Positions 26,708 to 36,323 of a DNA stretch of 64,000 nt are shown piece by piece (position 1 is the stretch's first letter; the number at the start of each line of letters is the position of its first letter). The notes under the pieces are model-generated. The model did not search any database, was not told the DNA's origin, and saw only the letters and a program-made list of their open reading frames with translations. The translations under genes and the position numbers were made by a program. The DNA is from Anaerolineales bacterium (lineage in GTDB: Bacteria; Chloroflexota; Anaerolineae; Anaerolineales; UBA11579). Location of the stretch: positions 457 through 64,456 of the forward strand of contig DATDRZ010000132.1 of the NCBI GenBank assembly GCA_035291465.1, read 5' to 3'.

Positions 26708-28459
26708 TCAGGGTACAAAGTGCCATAACGGGCGCTTTCGATCGGCGAAAACATAATCTTTATAAGGCTCCAAATGGCCGTCCAGCATAGGGGCATAGGG
26801 ATTGGTTTCCGTGAGGATGTAGCTGGTGCCAAAAATATAATCCACGCCCAATTGGGCGAGATAATCTGCACCATTACCTGCCTGCATAGCTAATAAATAA
26901 TCATAGGTATTCATCAACCCGTCCATGTTAATGATGGTACGACCTCTTACAAAGTACGCCAAATTGCCCGCACCCGTGATAGCTATCCGCGCGCCTTCCT
27001 CGGTATTCGCTTCCAGCCAGCGGGCGCGATTTATGTAGAAATGATTGCTGCCATCACCAGGAACGCGGACTGCGCTCTGGATGAAGACGAGGAAAAGGAT
27101 GCTCGCGATGCCTGGGATTGCAAACTCAATGACCCTGATGATTCGCCCAAGGTTCTTTGGCAACAAGGGCGAAGTCTGCTGAAAGAACGCGTGGAGCAGT
27201 AACCCACCAGCGAACAGCAGAAAGATCATTTCAGCAATCCAATACCAGGGCTGCTGGGCCATTGAGCCAGTAAATTTATAGTAGGCGATTTGGGCGAAAC
27301 AGCCCAGGAAGAAAGGCAGCAGTCCTAGGGCACGCGCGGCTTTAACCACGAATTCGCGCTGCGCCCAAACCAACGCCGAACCCAGCAAAGCCAGCATCCC
27401 CCCAAGAGCAACAAAAGCTACCCGCCGTGACGAAAGCGAAACCACCTGGCCCACGGCCGCTGGCATCCATTTGGCTGCAGCCCAAAGAGGTGTTGTCGCC
27501 AAGGACCAAGGGCCGAGCTGGGTATCATCCGTAAGAAACTGAGCTGCAAAACCCGCCAAGCTCCTTATGCGAAATCCATAAACTGTATTCTTTAGTGTGC
27601 CCCACCAAACCTTGACCTCGCCGCTGATAGGCATAACCATGCCAAAAGACAGGTAGTTCCAGATTAGATAAACAGCCATTAGCAGGGTGAGCGGGCCAAA
27701 AAAAGCGAACCCCGCCTGCAGGCGCCAGAGCCACGCATTTTGTTCGGATTTTCCGGGCGGCTGCCAGAGGCGCAACCAGAGCCAGAGGCCGCCAAACGAA
27801 ACTAGGAAGATATTGTCGAGACGAGCAAAAAGGGCAAGTGAGGCCAGCAAACCTAAGATGGCAAGTCGCGGCAAATTTTTGTATGGGCTTGAATCTGGCG
27901 TGAAGGAAGTCAGCTTGCCCCAAAATAGAAGCAATGCAAAAGCGTTAATCCCTGCCTCAACCCCCGTGTGCACAGTCGTACTATGAATGCTAGGCAGTAC
28001 GATCCAAAGCATGCCAACAAGGGTGGCGATCCATTCCGATGTATATTGCCTCAGGATGCGATATATCAGAATGGCTGACCCGGCGCTCAGCAACGCGGAG
28101 ACAACAATGAGTATTCGCAGAGGCAGAAGCGGATCTGTTCGGGACAGGGCAAATATTGGAGTCAGGATAAAAAGCCATAAGGGATGGAAGCCATTGGTGG
28201 GATTGATGCCATCAAAGGTAAAGCCGTGGCCAGCAGCCAGATTCCTCGCAACCTGGAAATAGAGGAAGCCGTCGTCCGAGTTGTACCAGTCCAAAATCGT
28301 ATTGGGGTTTCCAAATGCAATGTAGAGCGCTGGGAGCAGGGCAAGAAGCAGGAAAAAGATCTCGATGCGATAGATTTTTAGATTTTCCAACAGAAAGGAT
28401 CGTTTTTTGGGCATGGCGTGAGTATAAAACAAAGAGAGCCGTTGCGGCGGCTCTCGCAT
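26708..28459 (-). CDS. Polytopic membrane protein, GT-C-like putative glycosyltransferase
   Basis: It has more than 10 predicted TM helices, an N-terminal loop YFQVARNLAAGHGFTFDGINPTNGFHPLW, and a soluble C-terminal domain. The family assignment is tentative. The start may be MPKKRSF at 28417. Confidence 0.75.
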   Translation of the reverse strand: MREPPQRLSLFYTHAMPKKRSFLLENLKIYRIEIFFLLLALLPALYIAFGNPNTILDWYNSDDGFLYFQVARNLAAGHGFTFDGINPTNGFHPLWLFILTPIFALSRTDPLLPLRILIVVSALLSAGSAILIYRILRQYTSEWIATLVGMLWIVLPSIHSTTVHTGVEAGINAFALLLFWGKLTSFTPDSSPYKNLPRLAILGLLASLALFARLDNIFLVSFGGLWLWLRLWQPPGKSEQNAWLWRLQAGFAFFGPLTLLMAVYLIWNYLSFGMVMPISGEVKVWWGTLKNTVYGFRIRSLAGFAAQFLTDDTQLGPWSLATTPLWAAAKWMPAAVGQVVSLSSRRVAFVALGGMLALLGSALVWAQREFVVKAARALGLLPFFLGCFAQIAYYKFTGSMAQQPWYWIAEMIFLLFAGGLLLHAFFQQTSPLLPKNLGRIIRVIEFAIPGIASILFLVFIQSAVRVPGDGSNHFYINRARWLEANTEEGARIAITGAGNLAYFVRGRTIINMDGLMNTYDYLLAMQAGNGADYLAQLGVDYIFGTSYILTETNPYAPMLDGHLEPYKDYVFADRKRPLWHFVP

Positions 28460-28479
28460 TTTGGATTTTTTCTTTTAAT

Positions 28480-30120
28480 CTATGGATTCGCTGGTGCGTC
28501 GAAATCAGCGTACCAGGTTCCACCTGCGCCCTGATCAACTGTGTCAAAAGCATTCAATAAGTTGACCCAGGTTTGTCCAATCGCCAGCGGGAAGGGGTTG
28601 CCGTCTAAATCCGTGAAGCGCACTGGCAAGGGATGGCCAGTAGTCTGTTCATACTCAGTGGCAACCGTAGTCCACAGAGCTTTATAAGCTTGTCCGTTGC
28701 GGAAGATATACGCAGTCCCCGTCTTATGATCCAGGTCGACATGGATAATGGTGCCAGCCGAATTTTGTGAAGAGTGGTGCGCCAGGAGAACGATCACGTT
28801 TTCGAAGGCCAGCGTTTCTCCAGTAAGCCGGTCGGTCATCACCACGAACTCCTCCGGAGTGGAGGGCAGGTTCTTTGCCCAGCTGTAAGCGCCAAGCTCA
28901 GCATCATAGACAAAGTGGTTGATATTGTTTACGTTGTATTCAACAAAGAGTTCTTCACCCGGTTGCCCTTCAATCACAGGTAGAGAGCAGAACAGGTTTC
29001 CAGTCAGGTTCGGTTCAGCACAAGAACCTTCGCTGTTATTGGCGGCGATCGCCTGCAATCGCATAACATCCAGGCCAGCGCCACCGATGTTGTTGGGATC
29101 ACGGCTGAACGCGGTTGCACAAGTGCTGATTTGGGCAGCCACGCCGGGGTCGGCGCCCGCCGTCACCAAACATCCGCAGTAGTTGACTTGCAGATCCTGG
29201 TAGGCTACGCGACCGGAGCGAAGACCTTCGATGCGGTATGCCTGGCGCAGGCCTGCGTCGAAATCCAGTTGTTCATTCGATTCCCTGTGAGCAGGATTGA
29301 ACAAATCGGTGCGCCCCAATTCCGTAACATCGCTATCGATGTCGTCACCACCCATATCCTTATTCACCCAGTAGTAATCGCTGACCGAAGGCGGCGCGCC
29401 GAAGCGGATCTGGAACGAAGAGTTCTCGCCGATATCACTCAGGCCAAAATAATAATGGCCGGATGCATCAGTGGTGGTTTTTTGCACCTCAATGAAATTG
29501 GAATCCAACAAGCGGACAGGCACTGAGGGAACGCCCGGTTCTCTATCGTCTTGCAAATGATTGCCATTCGAATCGAACCAGACCCGATCGCCAATTAGAT
29601 AATCGAACGTTGCCGGCGGGGGTGACTGCTCGCCATCTCCAGCCTCAAAGATCGGTTGCGGGAATTCGCCATAAAATCCGGCCATCAAACGGGTATCGCC
29701 ATCGCCGATGTACACCTCATATACGATTGGCGAAACAGACAATCCGGTGGGTGGGCGCACGCTCGGAGGAAAAATGGAAATGGATAGAAAAACTGGGCGA
29801 AGCGCCAGCAAGGATGGGTCCTCAATGGGCAAACCAGTCAACGGCGAAATCCCGTCGGGAAATTCTTCCGGGCCGTAACAAACCTGCTCTGTCGGTGCAG
29901 GATCTTCGGGATCAGCGGTTGGCGTTGCCGTCAGTGCCCGTACAATGTAAGATGTGGTGGAACTTGCATAGCCTTTCCCAGCGAAAAACAAAGCAAAGAC
30001 CATCATGAGTCCGAGAACGAATGCAATGAGCATCCTGCCGACTAGCTTCGTGTGGGAAATATCCATTTCCTTCAACCTGAATGAACGGTGAAAGATTTTA
30101 ACATTCGCAGATTTGTACAC
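28480..30120 (-). CDS. Membrane-anchored DUF3048-family protein with an inserted SdrD-B/Cna-B-like domain
   Basis: The DUF3048-like part reads SPLTGLPIEDPSLLALRPVFLSI...VYEVYIGDGDTRLMAGF. The inserted segment reads GDRVWFDSNGNHLQDDREPGVPSVPVRLLDSN...TTTDASGHYYF. Confidence 0.78.
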   Translation of the reverse strand: MYKSANVKIFHRSFRLKEMDISHTKLVGRMLIAFVLGLMMVFALFFAGKGYASSTTSYIVRALTATPTADPEDPAPTEQVCYGPEEFPDGISPLTGLPIEDPSLLALRPVFLSISIFPPSVRPPTGLSVSPIVYEVYIGDGDTRLMAGFYGEFPQPIFEAGDGEQSPPPATFDYLIGDRVWFDSNGNHLQDDREPGVPSVPVRLLDSNFIEVQKTTTDASGHYYFGLSDIGENSSFQIRFGAPPSVSDYYWVNKDMGGDDIDSDVTELGRTDLFNPAHRESNEQLDFDAGLRQAYRIEGLRSGRVAYQDLQVNYCGCLVTAGADPGVAAQISTCATAFSRDPNNIGGAGLDVMRLQAIAANNSEGSCAEPNLTGNLFCSLPVIEGQPGEELFVEYNVNNINHFVYDAELGAYSWAKNLPSTPEEFVVMTDRLTGETLAFENVIVLLAHHSSQNSAGTIIHVDLDHKTGTAYIFRNGQAYKALWTTVATEYEQTTGHPLPVRFTDLDGNPFPLAIGQTWVNLLNAFDTVDQGAGGTWYADFDAPANP

Positions 30121-30215
30121 CTAAGTCCCAAAAGTACTATCCTGAATTTCGGCATGTGTCTTATCGACTGTTTATCTTCAAGGCACGGGCGGTATAATCG
30201 CTGACCGGAGTATTA

Positions 30216-32921
30216 ATGGCAAAAGATTATTTTGATGCGCGCAAAACTTTACAAGTAGATAACTCAAAGTACATCGTTTACAGTCTGCAAAAACTTGAAA
30301 CCGATGGGCTCACTCATCTGGACAAGCTTCCCTTCTCTATTCGCATCCTGCTGGAAGCCGCCCTGCGCGGCTGCAACAACGTAGATATTTTCGAGCAAGA
30401 CGTGCGCAACCTGGCCGGTTGGCATCCCAAAGGCGAACGGCTGCCAATGCCCTTCAAGCCCGGGCGCGTGCTGCTGCAGGATTTCACCGGGGTACCCACC
30501 ATCGTAGACCTGGCGGCCATGCGGGCCGCGGTTGCCCGCCTTGGTGGCGACCCGGCCAAGATCAACCCGCAGATCCCGGTAGACCTGGTCATCGACCATT
30601 CCGTGCAGGTTGATTTCTTCGCCACGCCGGATGCGCTGCAGCGCAATGCCGAGATCGAGTTCATGCGCAACCGGGAGCGCTACGAATTCCTGCATTGGGG
30701 GCAGCAGGCTTTCGACAATTTCCGAGTGGTGCCGCCTGCTACCGGCATCGTACACCAGGTCAATTTGGAATTTTTGGCCAAAGTGATGCTTACCAGGAAG
30801 GAAGGGGAGCAGATTGTGGCCTTCCCCGACACTGTCGTCGGCACCGATTCTCACACGACCATGATCAACGGGCTTGGCGTAGTTGGCTGGGGCGTGGGCG
30901 GAATCGAAGCGGAAGCCGCCATGCTGGGCCGCGCCATTGACATGCTCATCCCCAACGTGATCGGCTTCAAACTGCACGGTCGGCTCAAAGAAGGTGTGAC
31001 GCCTACCGATTTGACCCTAACCATCACGCAGATGTTGCGTAAGAAAGGCGTGGTGGACAAATTTGTCGAGTTCTATGGACCGGGACTCGACTCGATCAGT
31101 CTGGCCGACCGCGCCATGATTGGCAACATGTCGCCGGAAAACGGCGCCACGATCACGTACTTCCCTGTTGACGTCGAAACGCTGCGTTATTTGCGCCTGA
31201 CGGCACGTGATGAGGCGCAGATCGCCTTGGTGGAAGCCTATTGCAAAGAACAGAAATTATTCCGGGACGAAAACACTCCTGACCCACAATTCTCTGACAC
31301 GCTGGAACTCGATCTGGCAACTGTAGAACCGAGCCTGGCCGGACCCAAACGCCCCCAGGACCGCGTAACACTCGAGCAGATGAAGACGGAGTTTCGCAAA
31401 TCGCTGATGACCCCCAAGAGTGAACGTGGTTTTGCCTTGGACGCAAGCGCTCTGGACAAAAAGGTCACCTTCGGAACCAACGGTTCCAAGGCGGAAATGG
31501 GACACGGCTCCCTGGTTATTGCAGCAATTACATCCTGCACCAATACCTCCAATCCGGCGGTGATGCTTGGCGCTGGATTGTTGGCGAAAAAAGCCGTCGA
31601 GCGTGGGTTGAAAGTGAAGCCATTTGTGAAGACCAGCCTTGCGCCCGGTTCGCGCGTGGTGACTGAATATTTAGAGAAGGCCGGATTGATGGAACCTCTC
31701 TCTGAACTCGGATTCAATCTGGTTGGCTATGGCTGCACCACTTGCATTGGCAACTCGGGCCCCCTGGCAGGTGAAGTGGTTAAGGCGGTAACCGGTGGCG
31801 ACCTGGTGGCCGCGGCTGTACTCTCCGGCAATCGCAACTTCGAAGGCCGCATTCATCCCTATGCGCTGGCAAACTATTTAGCCTCGCCGCCGCTGGTGGT
31901 TGCCTACGCACTGGCGGGCACTGTCGATATCGATCTCACCAAAGAGCCGCTTGGCATCGGGAAACAAGGCGACCCGGTTTACCTGAAGGACATTTGGCCG
32001 AGTCGTGAAGAAGTGGGCGCGGCCATCGAAGCCAATGTGAAGCCTGAAATGTTCTCCGAGCGCTACTCGAATGTTTTCACGGGCAATGAGACCTGGAACA
32101 ATATCATCGCACACGGCGAGGAAATCTATGAATGGGATGCAGATTCTACCTATGTGCAAGAGCCGCCATTTTTCGAAGGCCTGACACTTGAGCCAAAACC
32201 CGTTAATGATATGCATGGGGCGCGCGTTCTGGTCTCGCTGGGCGACTCAGTTACTACCGATCACATCTCACCCGCCGGCGCCATTCCCGCAGATAGCCCA
32301 GCGGGGAAATACTTGCTCGAACATGGCGTGACGGTGCCCAATTTCAACTCCTATGGTTCGCGAAGAGGCAACGACCGGGTGCTCACCCGCGGCACCTTTG
32401 GAAACATTCGACTGAAGAATTTATTGGTTCCCGGCGTTGAAGGCGGCTTCACCTTGCATCTACCCGATGGCGAGGAAATGACCATTTACGACGCGTCGCT
32501 GAAGTACAAGAGCGAAGGCACGCCGCTAATCGTGTTAGCCGGCAAGGAATATGGATCCGGGTCCAGCCGCGATTGGGCGGCCAAGGGTCCGCTGCTGCTC
32601 GGCGTAAAGGCGGTCATCGCCGAATCCTTCGAGCGTATTCACCGCACCAACCTGGTGGGCATGGGCATTTTGCCGCTGCAATACAGGGCAGGCGAGACCG
32701 CGGCCAGCCTGGGGCTGACCGGGCGTGAAAGATTTGAAATCGCGGGCTTAAACGAATGCATTGCCAAGCCGAATCAAGAAATTCAAGTCATTGCGTTGGG
32801 CGAAGACGGCAAAGAAACAACCTTCTGGGTGAAGACCCGCCTGGACACCCCGATTGATATCGATGTCTACAAACAGGGCGGGATTCTGCAGGCTGTCTTA
32901 AGGCAGCTTGCAACCAACTGA
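30216..32921 (+). CDS. acnA: Aconitate hydratase A
   Basis: The 901-aa protein contains [38 protein letters not shown] and [10 protein letters not shown] (the Fe-S ligands). Confidence 0.97.
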   Translation: MAKDYFDARKTLQVDNSKYIVYSLQKLETDGLTHLDKLPFSIRILLEAALRGCNNVDIFEQDVRNLAGWHPKGERLPMPFKPGRVLLQDFTGVPTIVDLAAMRAAVARLGGDPAKINPQIPVDLVIDHSVQVDFFATPDALQRNAEIEFMRNRERYEFLHWGQQAFDNFRVVPPATGIVHQVNLEFLAKVMLTRKEGEQIVAFPDTVVGTDSHTTMINGLGVVGWGVGGIEAEAAMLGRAIDMLIPNVIGFKLHGRLKEGVTPTDLTLTITQMLRKKGVVDKFVEFYGPGLDSISLADRAMIGNMSPENGATITYFPVDVETLRYLRLTARDEAQIALVEAYCKEQKLFRDENTPDPQFSDTLELDLATVEPSLAGPKRPQDRVTLEQMKTEFRKSLMTPKSERGFALDASALDKKVTFGTNGSKAEMGHGSLVIAAITSCTNTSNPAVMLGAGLLAKKAVERGLKVKPFVKTSLAPGSRVVTEYLEKAGLMEPLSELGFNLVGYGCTTCIGNSGPLAGEVVKAVTGGDLVAAAVLSGNRNFEGRIHPYALANYLASPPLVVAYALAGTVDIDLTKEPLGIGKQGDPVYLKDIWPSREEVGAAIEANVKPEMFSERYSNVFTGNETWNNIIAHGEEIYEWDADSTYVQEPPFFEGLTLEPKPVNDMHGARVLVSLGDSVTTDHISPAGAIPADSPAGKYLLEHGVTVPNFNSYGSRRGNDRVLTRGTFGNIRLKNLLVPGVEGGFTLHLPDGEEMTIYDASLKYKSEGTPLIVLAGKEYGSGSSRDWAAKGPLLLGVKAVIAESFERIHRTNLVGMGILPLQYRAGETAASLGLTGRERFEIAGLNECIAKPNQEIQVIALGEDGKETTFWVKTRLDTPIDIDVYKQGGILQAVLRQLATN

Positions 32922-32958
32922 TAGTCTGATAGTCCAATAGTCAGATAGTCCGGTAGGT
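32919..32958. repeat. Octamer tandem repeat (tgatagtc x2, caatagtc, agatagtc, cggtaggt) beginning with the acnA stop codon
   Basis: The period-8 repeat was read directly. Each of the first units carries TGA and/or TAG. Confidence 0.75.
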
Positions 32959-33050
32959 GAATCCATGGGGATTGTCCTCTGATTCTAGGGACTGCATTCT
33001 CTATTTGTAACAACTGAACAGTCATAAAGTAGGTTCGAAAATCAGAGGAG

Positions 33051-33734
33051 GTGCACATGCCATCACTCTTGTTAATCTTTATTCGAGTCCTTCTTTTCGG
33101 GGCGACCATTCCCTATTGGCTTTGGCTGGCGCGCGAGCCACTCAACCCTGTTGCCACCTTTGCTTGCATAATACTGGCAGTAGCGGCCAGCTATCCGACG
33201 GTTTGGATCGGGCGCAGGCTGCTGGATGCCAAGCCCTCAAAAGAACAAATGCAGTGGGTGACAACCGGTGTGCATTTTCTGCTGCTCTTGTGCTTGGGTA
33301 CCGCAATCATTGCGGCGATCATCACGGCTAATGACTGGCGAGGATGGGCCATTCCGCTGGATAAAAGTATCAGTTATTGGTTGATGGTGGTTACCAGTCT
33401 GATCGCGTTTGCGACGGTTGTCAATCTGGCGTTGCGTGGCTGGGGCGCGCCGTTCGCCATCACGCTCACCAGACGGCTGGCCACAGACTGGATGTACGCG
33501 TGGACGCGTAATCCCATGGTGTTGTCCACCCTGGCATTTTTTGTGGCTCTCGGATTGTGGCTGCAATCGACCCTATTTGTGTTGTGGGTGTTGCTCTGGC
33601 TGACTCCCGCGTTCGTTTTCTTCCTCAAGGTCTACGAGGAGCGAGAACTTGAGATCCGTTTGGGCAAATCGTATTTGGACTATCGGGCAAAAACATCGTT
33701 CATGTGGCCGCGGAGGCCGAGGGTGAATCGATAA
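33051..33734 (+). CDS. Isoprenylcysteine carboxyl / phospholipid methyltransferase family membrane protein
   Basis: The protein has multiple TM helices and the C-terminal motif VYEERELEIRLGKSYLDYRAKT. The start may be the ATG at 33057. Confidence 0.78.
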   Translation: MHMPSLLLIFIRVLLFGATIPYWLWLAREPLNPVATFACIILAVAASYPTVWIGRRLLDAKPSKEQMQWVTTGVHFLLLLCLGTAIIAAIITANDWRGWAIPLDKSISYWLMVVTSLIAFATVVNLALRGWGAPFAITLTRRLATDWMYAWTRNPMVLSTLAFFVALGLWLQSTLFVLWVLLWLTPAFVFFLKVYEERELEIRLGKSYLDYRAKTSFMWPRRPRVNR

Positions 33735-33830
33735 CCCCATTGCGAGGGCGTCAGCCCGAAGCAATCCCCAAACCGATCTAGGAGATTGCCACGTCGGCCT
33801 CATTTCATTCGGCCTCCTCGCAATGGGGTT
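33733..33830. mobile_element. 98-bp palindromic MITE/REP-like element with 15-bp perfect terminal inverted repeats
   Basis: aaccccattgcgagg (33733-33747) matches cctcgcaatggggtt (33816-33830). Inner gaagcaatcc / ggagattgcc motifs are also present. The left end overlaps the TAA stop of the upstream gene. Confidence 0.65.
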
Positions 33831-33836
33831 AATATC

Positions 33837-33864
33837 AAAATGCTCGCCGAATGGCGAGCATTTT
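33837..33864. terminator. Bidirectional terminator hairpin between convergent genes
   Basis: aaaatgctcgcc-gaat-ggcgagcatttt forms a 12-bp stem with A/T runs on both sides. It lies 3 nt from the stop of the 33867..35354 gene. Confidence 0.75.
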
Positions 33865-33866
33865 GT

Positions 33867-35354
33867 TTAGATCTTGGAATTTTCCTTCAAGCTGAGCCTG
33901 CCATCCGACGCGGGAACATAACTCATCTCGCCCTGCGGCACGTGTGGATCGATCTCCAGGTCGCCGGAATCCATGGCTTCCCAGATCATCTGGAAGGGAA
34001 CTTTGCCGGCTTTCCACTTTTCCGCCATCACCACACCGTGACCAGGCAGCACAGTAAAGGCGATCTGGCGCGGGTCCTCTGGATTGCGGAAGGTTTCAGA
34101 ACGGCTGAACGCAGCCTTGATGCCGCGCGCTTGAGCCTCGGTAGCGCAGGACACCAGGTAATGGTAGTAAGGCGGATCCAGCGGCACATATTCCACCAAA
34201 TCCGGATTGAAAGCCTTTACGCCGCGGTGGCCATGTAACTTGGAACGGATGACGGGCACATCGCTCTTCACGCCGCCCACGGTTTCATGCTTTATGTGGG
34301 GTAACAACGTATCCATGTCCATCATCTCAACAGCCTCGGAGGATGGCGGGTCGTTGCGCTTGCCTTCCACATGGCGCACAACTGCGCCAGACCCATCCGC
34401 TTTTACTGCGGTGATCAGTGCAAGGTCATCATCAGTGAGCTTGCCCTTATGTACAGGGCGGGCACTACCAGTGACCGTAGCGACCAACGCCTCAATGCGC
34501 GGGTCCCAGGTTGCAAAACAACCTTCGCTGTATTGGCGCGCAACACCTTCGTTCACTGCGGGAACCTGCACCAGGTCTTCGATGCGCACCATGTCAGTAA
34601 AAAAACCGCGTTCGCCCAGTTCCTGGCCGCCGCGGTGCATCGCTTCAGGAGTACTGAGGCCCTGCCACACGTCGCGCTCGACAATGGGTTCCACGATCTG
34701 GTGATTGGTAACTTCCTTGGTGCTCTCAGTGGTCACTATGCGCAAAGCTATGTCGCTGTAGAAAGCAGTTGGATCCGTGTTGATACTCACGGGGTAAGCG
34801 CCCACCAAATCGAAGTGATACACGCGCTCCGGATGATCATCGCCAACTGCAAGCAGCACGCGAATGCTCTTGGCTTGCGCCTGGAGCATGCGCGACATCG
34901 ATAAAATTGGGCCGCCGCGCGCGCCCTGATCGATCAGAACGCGAGGTGCGGTCAAAGATAAACCTTCGAGCTGAAATTCTTTTTCGTCAGCTGGGTTTTG
35001 TGCTAAGGCGTTCCTGAATTTAGAGATCCACTTATCAAATTCTTTGGGCGTGATCTGGATGATAGTGTACAACACCGGCGATTTCTTTAAACCAAATCGG
35101 TGCCGGGCAGTGAAAAAAAGCGACTGGCGCCAGGGAAGAGGCTCGCCAAAAGGTGCGGTAGTAAAAAGCACCTTGGTGTTATCCGTGGGCGTATCGACAA
35201 CCTTGTGACCCAGATCGCGGAAACGATTCAGGATACCATCCACCAGTTCTTCCAGCATAGCGGACATCGGACCGGGCACAAAGGAGGCTTCAATCGTTTT
35301 TAACCACGCATGCGTGGGATTTGTAGAAACAAGGGCTTCTTTCGATACTTGCAT
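33867..35354 (-). CDS. Hypothetical protein, 495 aa, no recognised family
   Basis: It is a long ORF with protein-like composition, a terminator hairpin directly downstream, and no signal peptide or TM segment. I could not match any motif. Confidence 0.8.
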   Translation of the reverse strand: MQVSKEALVSTNPTHAWLKTIEASFVPGPMSAMLEELVDGILNRFRDLGHKVVDTPTDNTKVLFTTAPFGEPLPWRQSLFFTARHRFGLKKSPVLYTIIQITPKEFDKWISKFRNALAQNPADEKEFQLEGLSLTAPRVLIDQGARGGPILSMSRMLQAQAKSIRVLLAVGDDHPERVYHFDLVGAYPVSINTDPTAFYSDIALRIVTTESTKEVTNHQIVEPIVERDVWQGLSTPEAMHRGGQELGERGFFTDMVRIEDLVQVPAVNEGVARQYSEGCFATWDPRIEALVATVTGSARPVHKGKLTDDDLALITAVKADGSGAVVRHVEGKRNDPPSSEAVEMMDMDTLLPHIKHETVGGVKSDVPVIRSKLHGHRGVKAFNPDLVEYVPLDPPYYHYLVSCATEAQARGIKAAFSRSETFRNPEDPRQIAFTVLPGHGVVMAEKWKAGKVPFQMIWEAMDSGDLEIDPHVPQGEMSYVPASDGRLSLKENSKI

Positions 35355-35421
35355 AGGCGGAACCTCACTTAGGAACGGGTGGGTATTATACTAAACCCAC
35401 CTTACTCCCCACTCTTTTGAT

Positions 35422-36189
35422 ATGCACATATTGGTTACCAACGACGACGGCATCAACCATCCCGGCCTGCTAGCCTTGGCTGCCAGCATGAAGAAAGTCG
35501 GCGAGATCACTGTGCTTGCCCCCGACCACAACTGGTCTGCTTCCGGCCATGTCAAGACTTTGCACCGACCATTACGTGTGCGCCCCACCAAGCTGCCGGA
35601 TGGGACTCCGGCCTTCATGAGTGACGGCGCACCTTCGGATTGTGTGGCCCTGGCGCTACTCGGTTACGTCGAGAAAAAGATCGATCTGATCGTATCGGGA
35701 ATCAATCCTTACGCCAACATCGGCGATGATGTCACCTATTCAGGCACGGTGACCGCGGCTATGGAAGCCGCAATTGGCGGGCTGCCTGGCATCGCAGTCT
35801 CCCTTGACACACCGATAAACATCGAAGGCGAAAAGGATTTCTCCGCGGCAGCCCTTATTGCCGGCCGCGTGGCTGCGCGTGTCGTCGACGAAGGTTTGCC
35901 ACGTAATACCCTACTCAATGTTAACGTGCCCTATCTGCCGCTTGAACAGATCAAGGGGATGCGCGTCACTCGTTTGGGCCTACGCGTATACCGCGATGAA
36001 TTAGTGAAGCGTGACGATCCGCAGGGGGATCCCTACTACTGGATCGGCGGCGAAGCGCCCACCGGAGTCCCCGAAGATGGCACGGATGTGGGCGCACTGA
36101 ACGATGGCTTTGTGTCGATCACACCCATCCAACTCGATATGACCGCATACAACTTAATGGCAGAAATTTCTGAATGGAAGTGGGAATAA
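35422..36189 (+). CDS. surE: 5'/3'-nucleotidase SurE
   Basis: MHILVTNDDGINHPGLLAL...VLAPDHNWSASGH...GINPYANIGDDVTYSGTV matches SurE. Confidence 0.95.
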   Translation: MHILVTNDDGINHPGLLALAASMKKVGEITVLAPDHNWSASGHVKTLHRPLRVRPTKLPDGTPAFMSDGAPSDCVALALLGYVEKKIDLIVSGINPYANIGDDVTYSGTVTAAMEAAIGGLPGIAVSLDTPINIEGEKDFSAAALIAGRVAARVVDEGLPRNTLLNVNVPYLPLEQIKGMRVTRLGLRVYRDELVKRDDPQGDPYYWIGGEAPTGVPEDGTDVGALNDGFVSITPIQLDMTAYNLMAEISEWKWE

Positions 36190-36323
36190 AGGAGAATGGA
36201 GAACAGCGATACGTTATCTGTTATTGGCGATTATTTTGTAGCGGACAAGTCACGTTTCCGCCAACTATCATCCGTCTACCAACATCCCACTCCTGTTTTT
36301 TGTCGGTGTTAGAATCACCAACT

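Noticed and set aside
22496-30120. Horizontally acquired genomic island
   Set aside because: There is no flanking tRNA, integrase, transposase or direct repeats. The compositional difference was judged only by eye, so I cannot support an island call.
30193-30198. TATAAT box 18 nt upstream of the acnA ATG as a promoter
   Set aside because: No acceptable -35 element lies at 16-18-nt spacing, and the implied 5' UTR would be only about 10 nt. It was left out of the feature list as unsupported. The same applies to the TATAAT at 55021-55026 upstream of rpsA.
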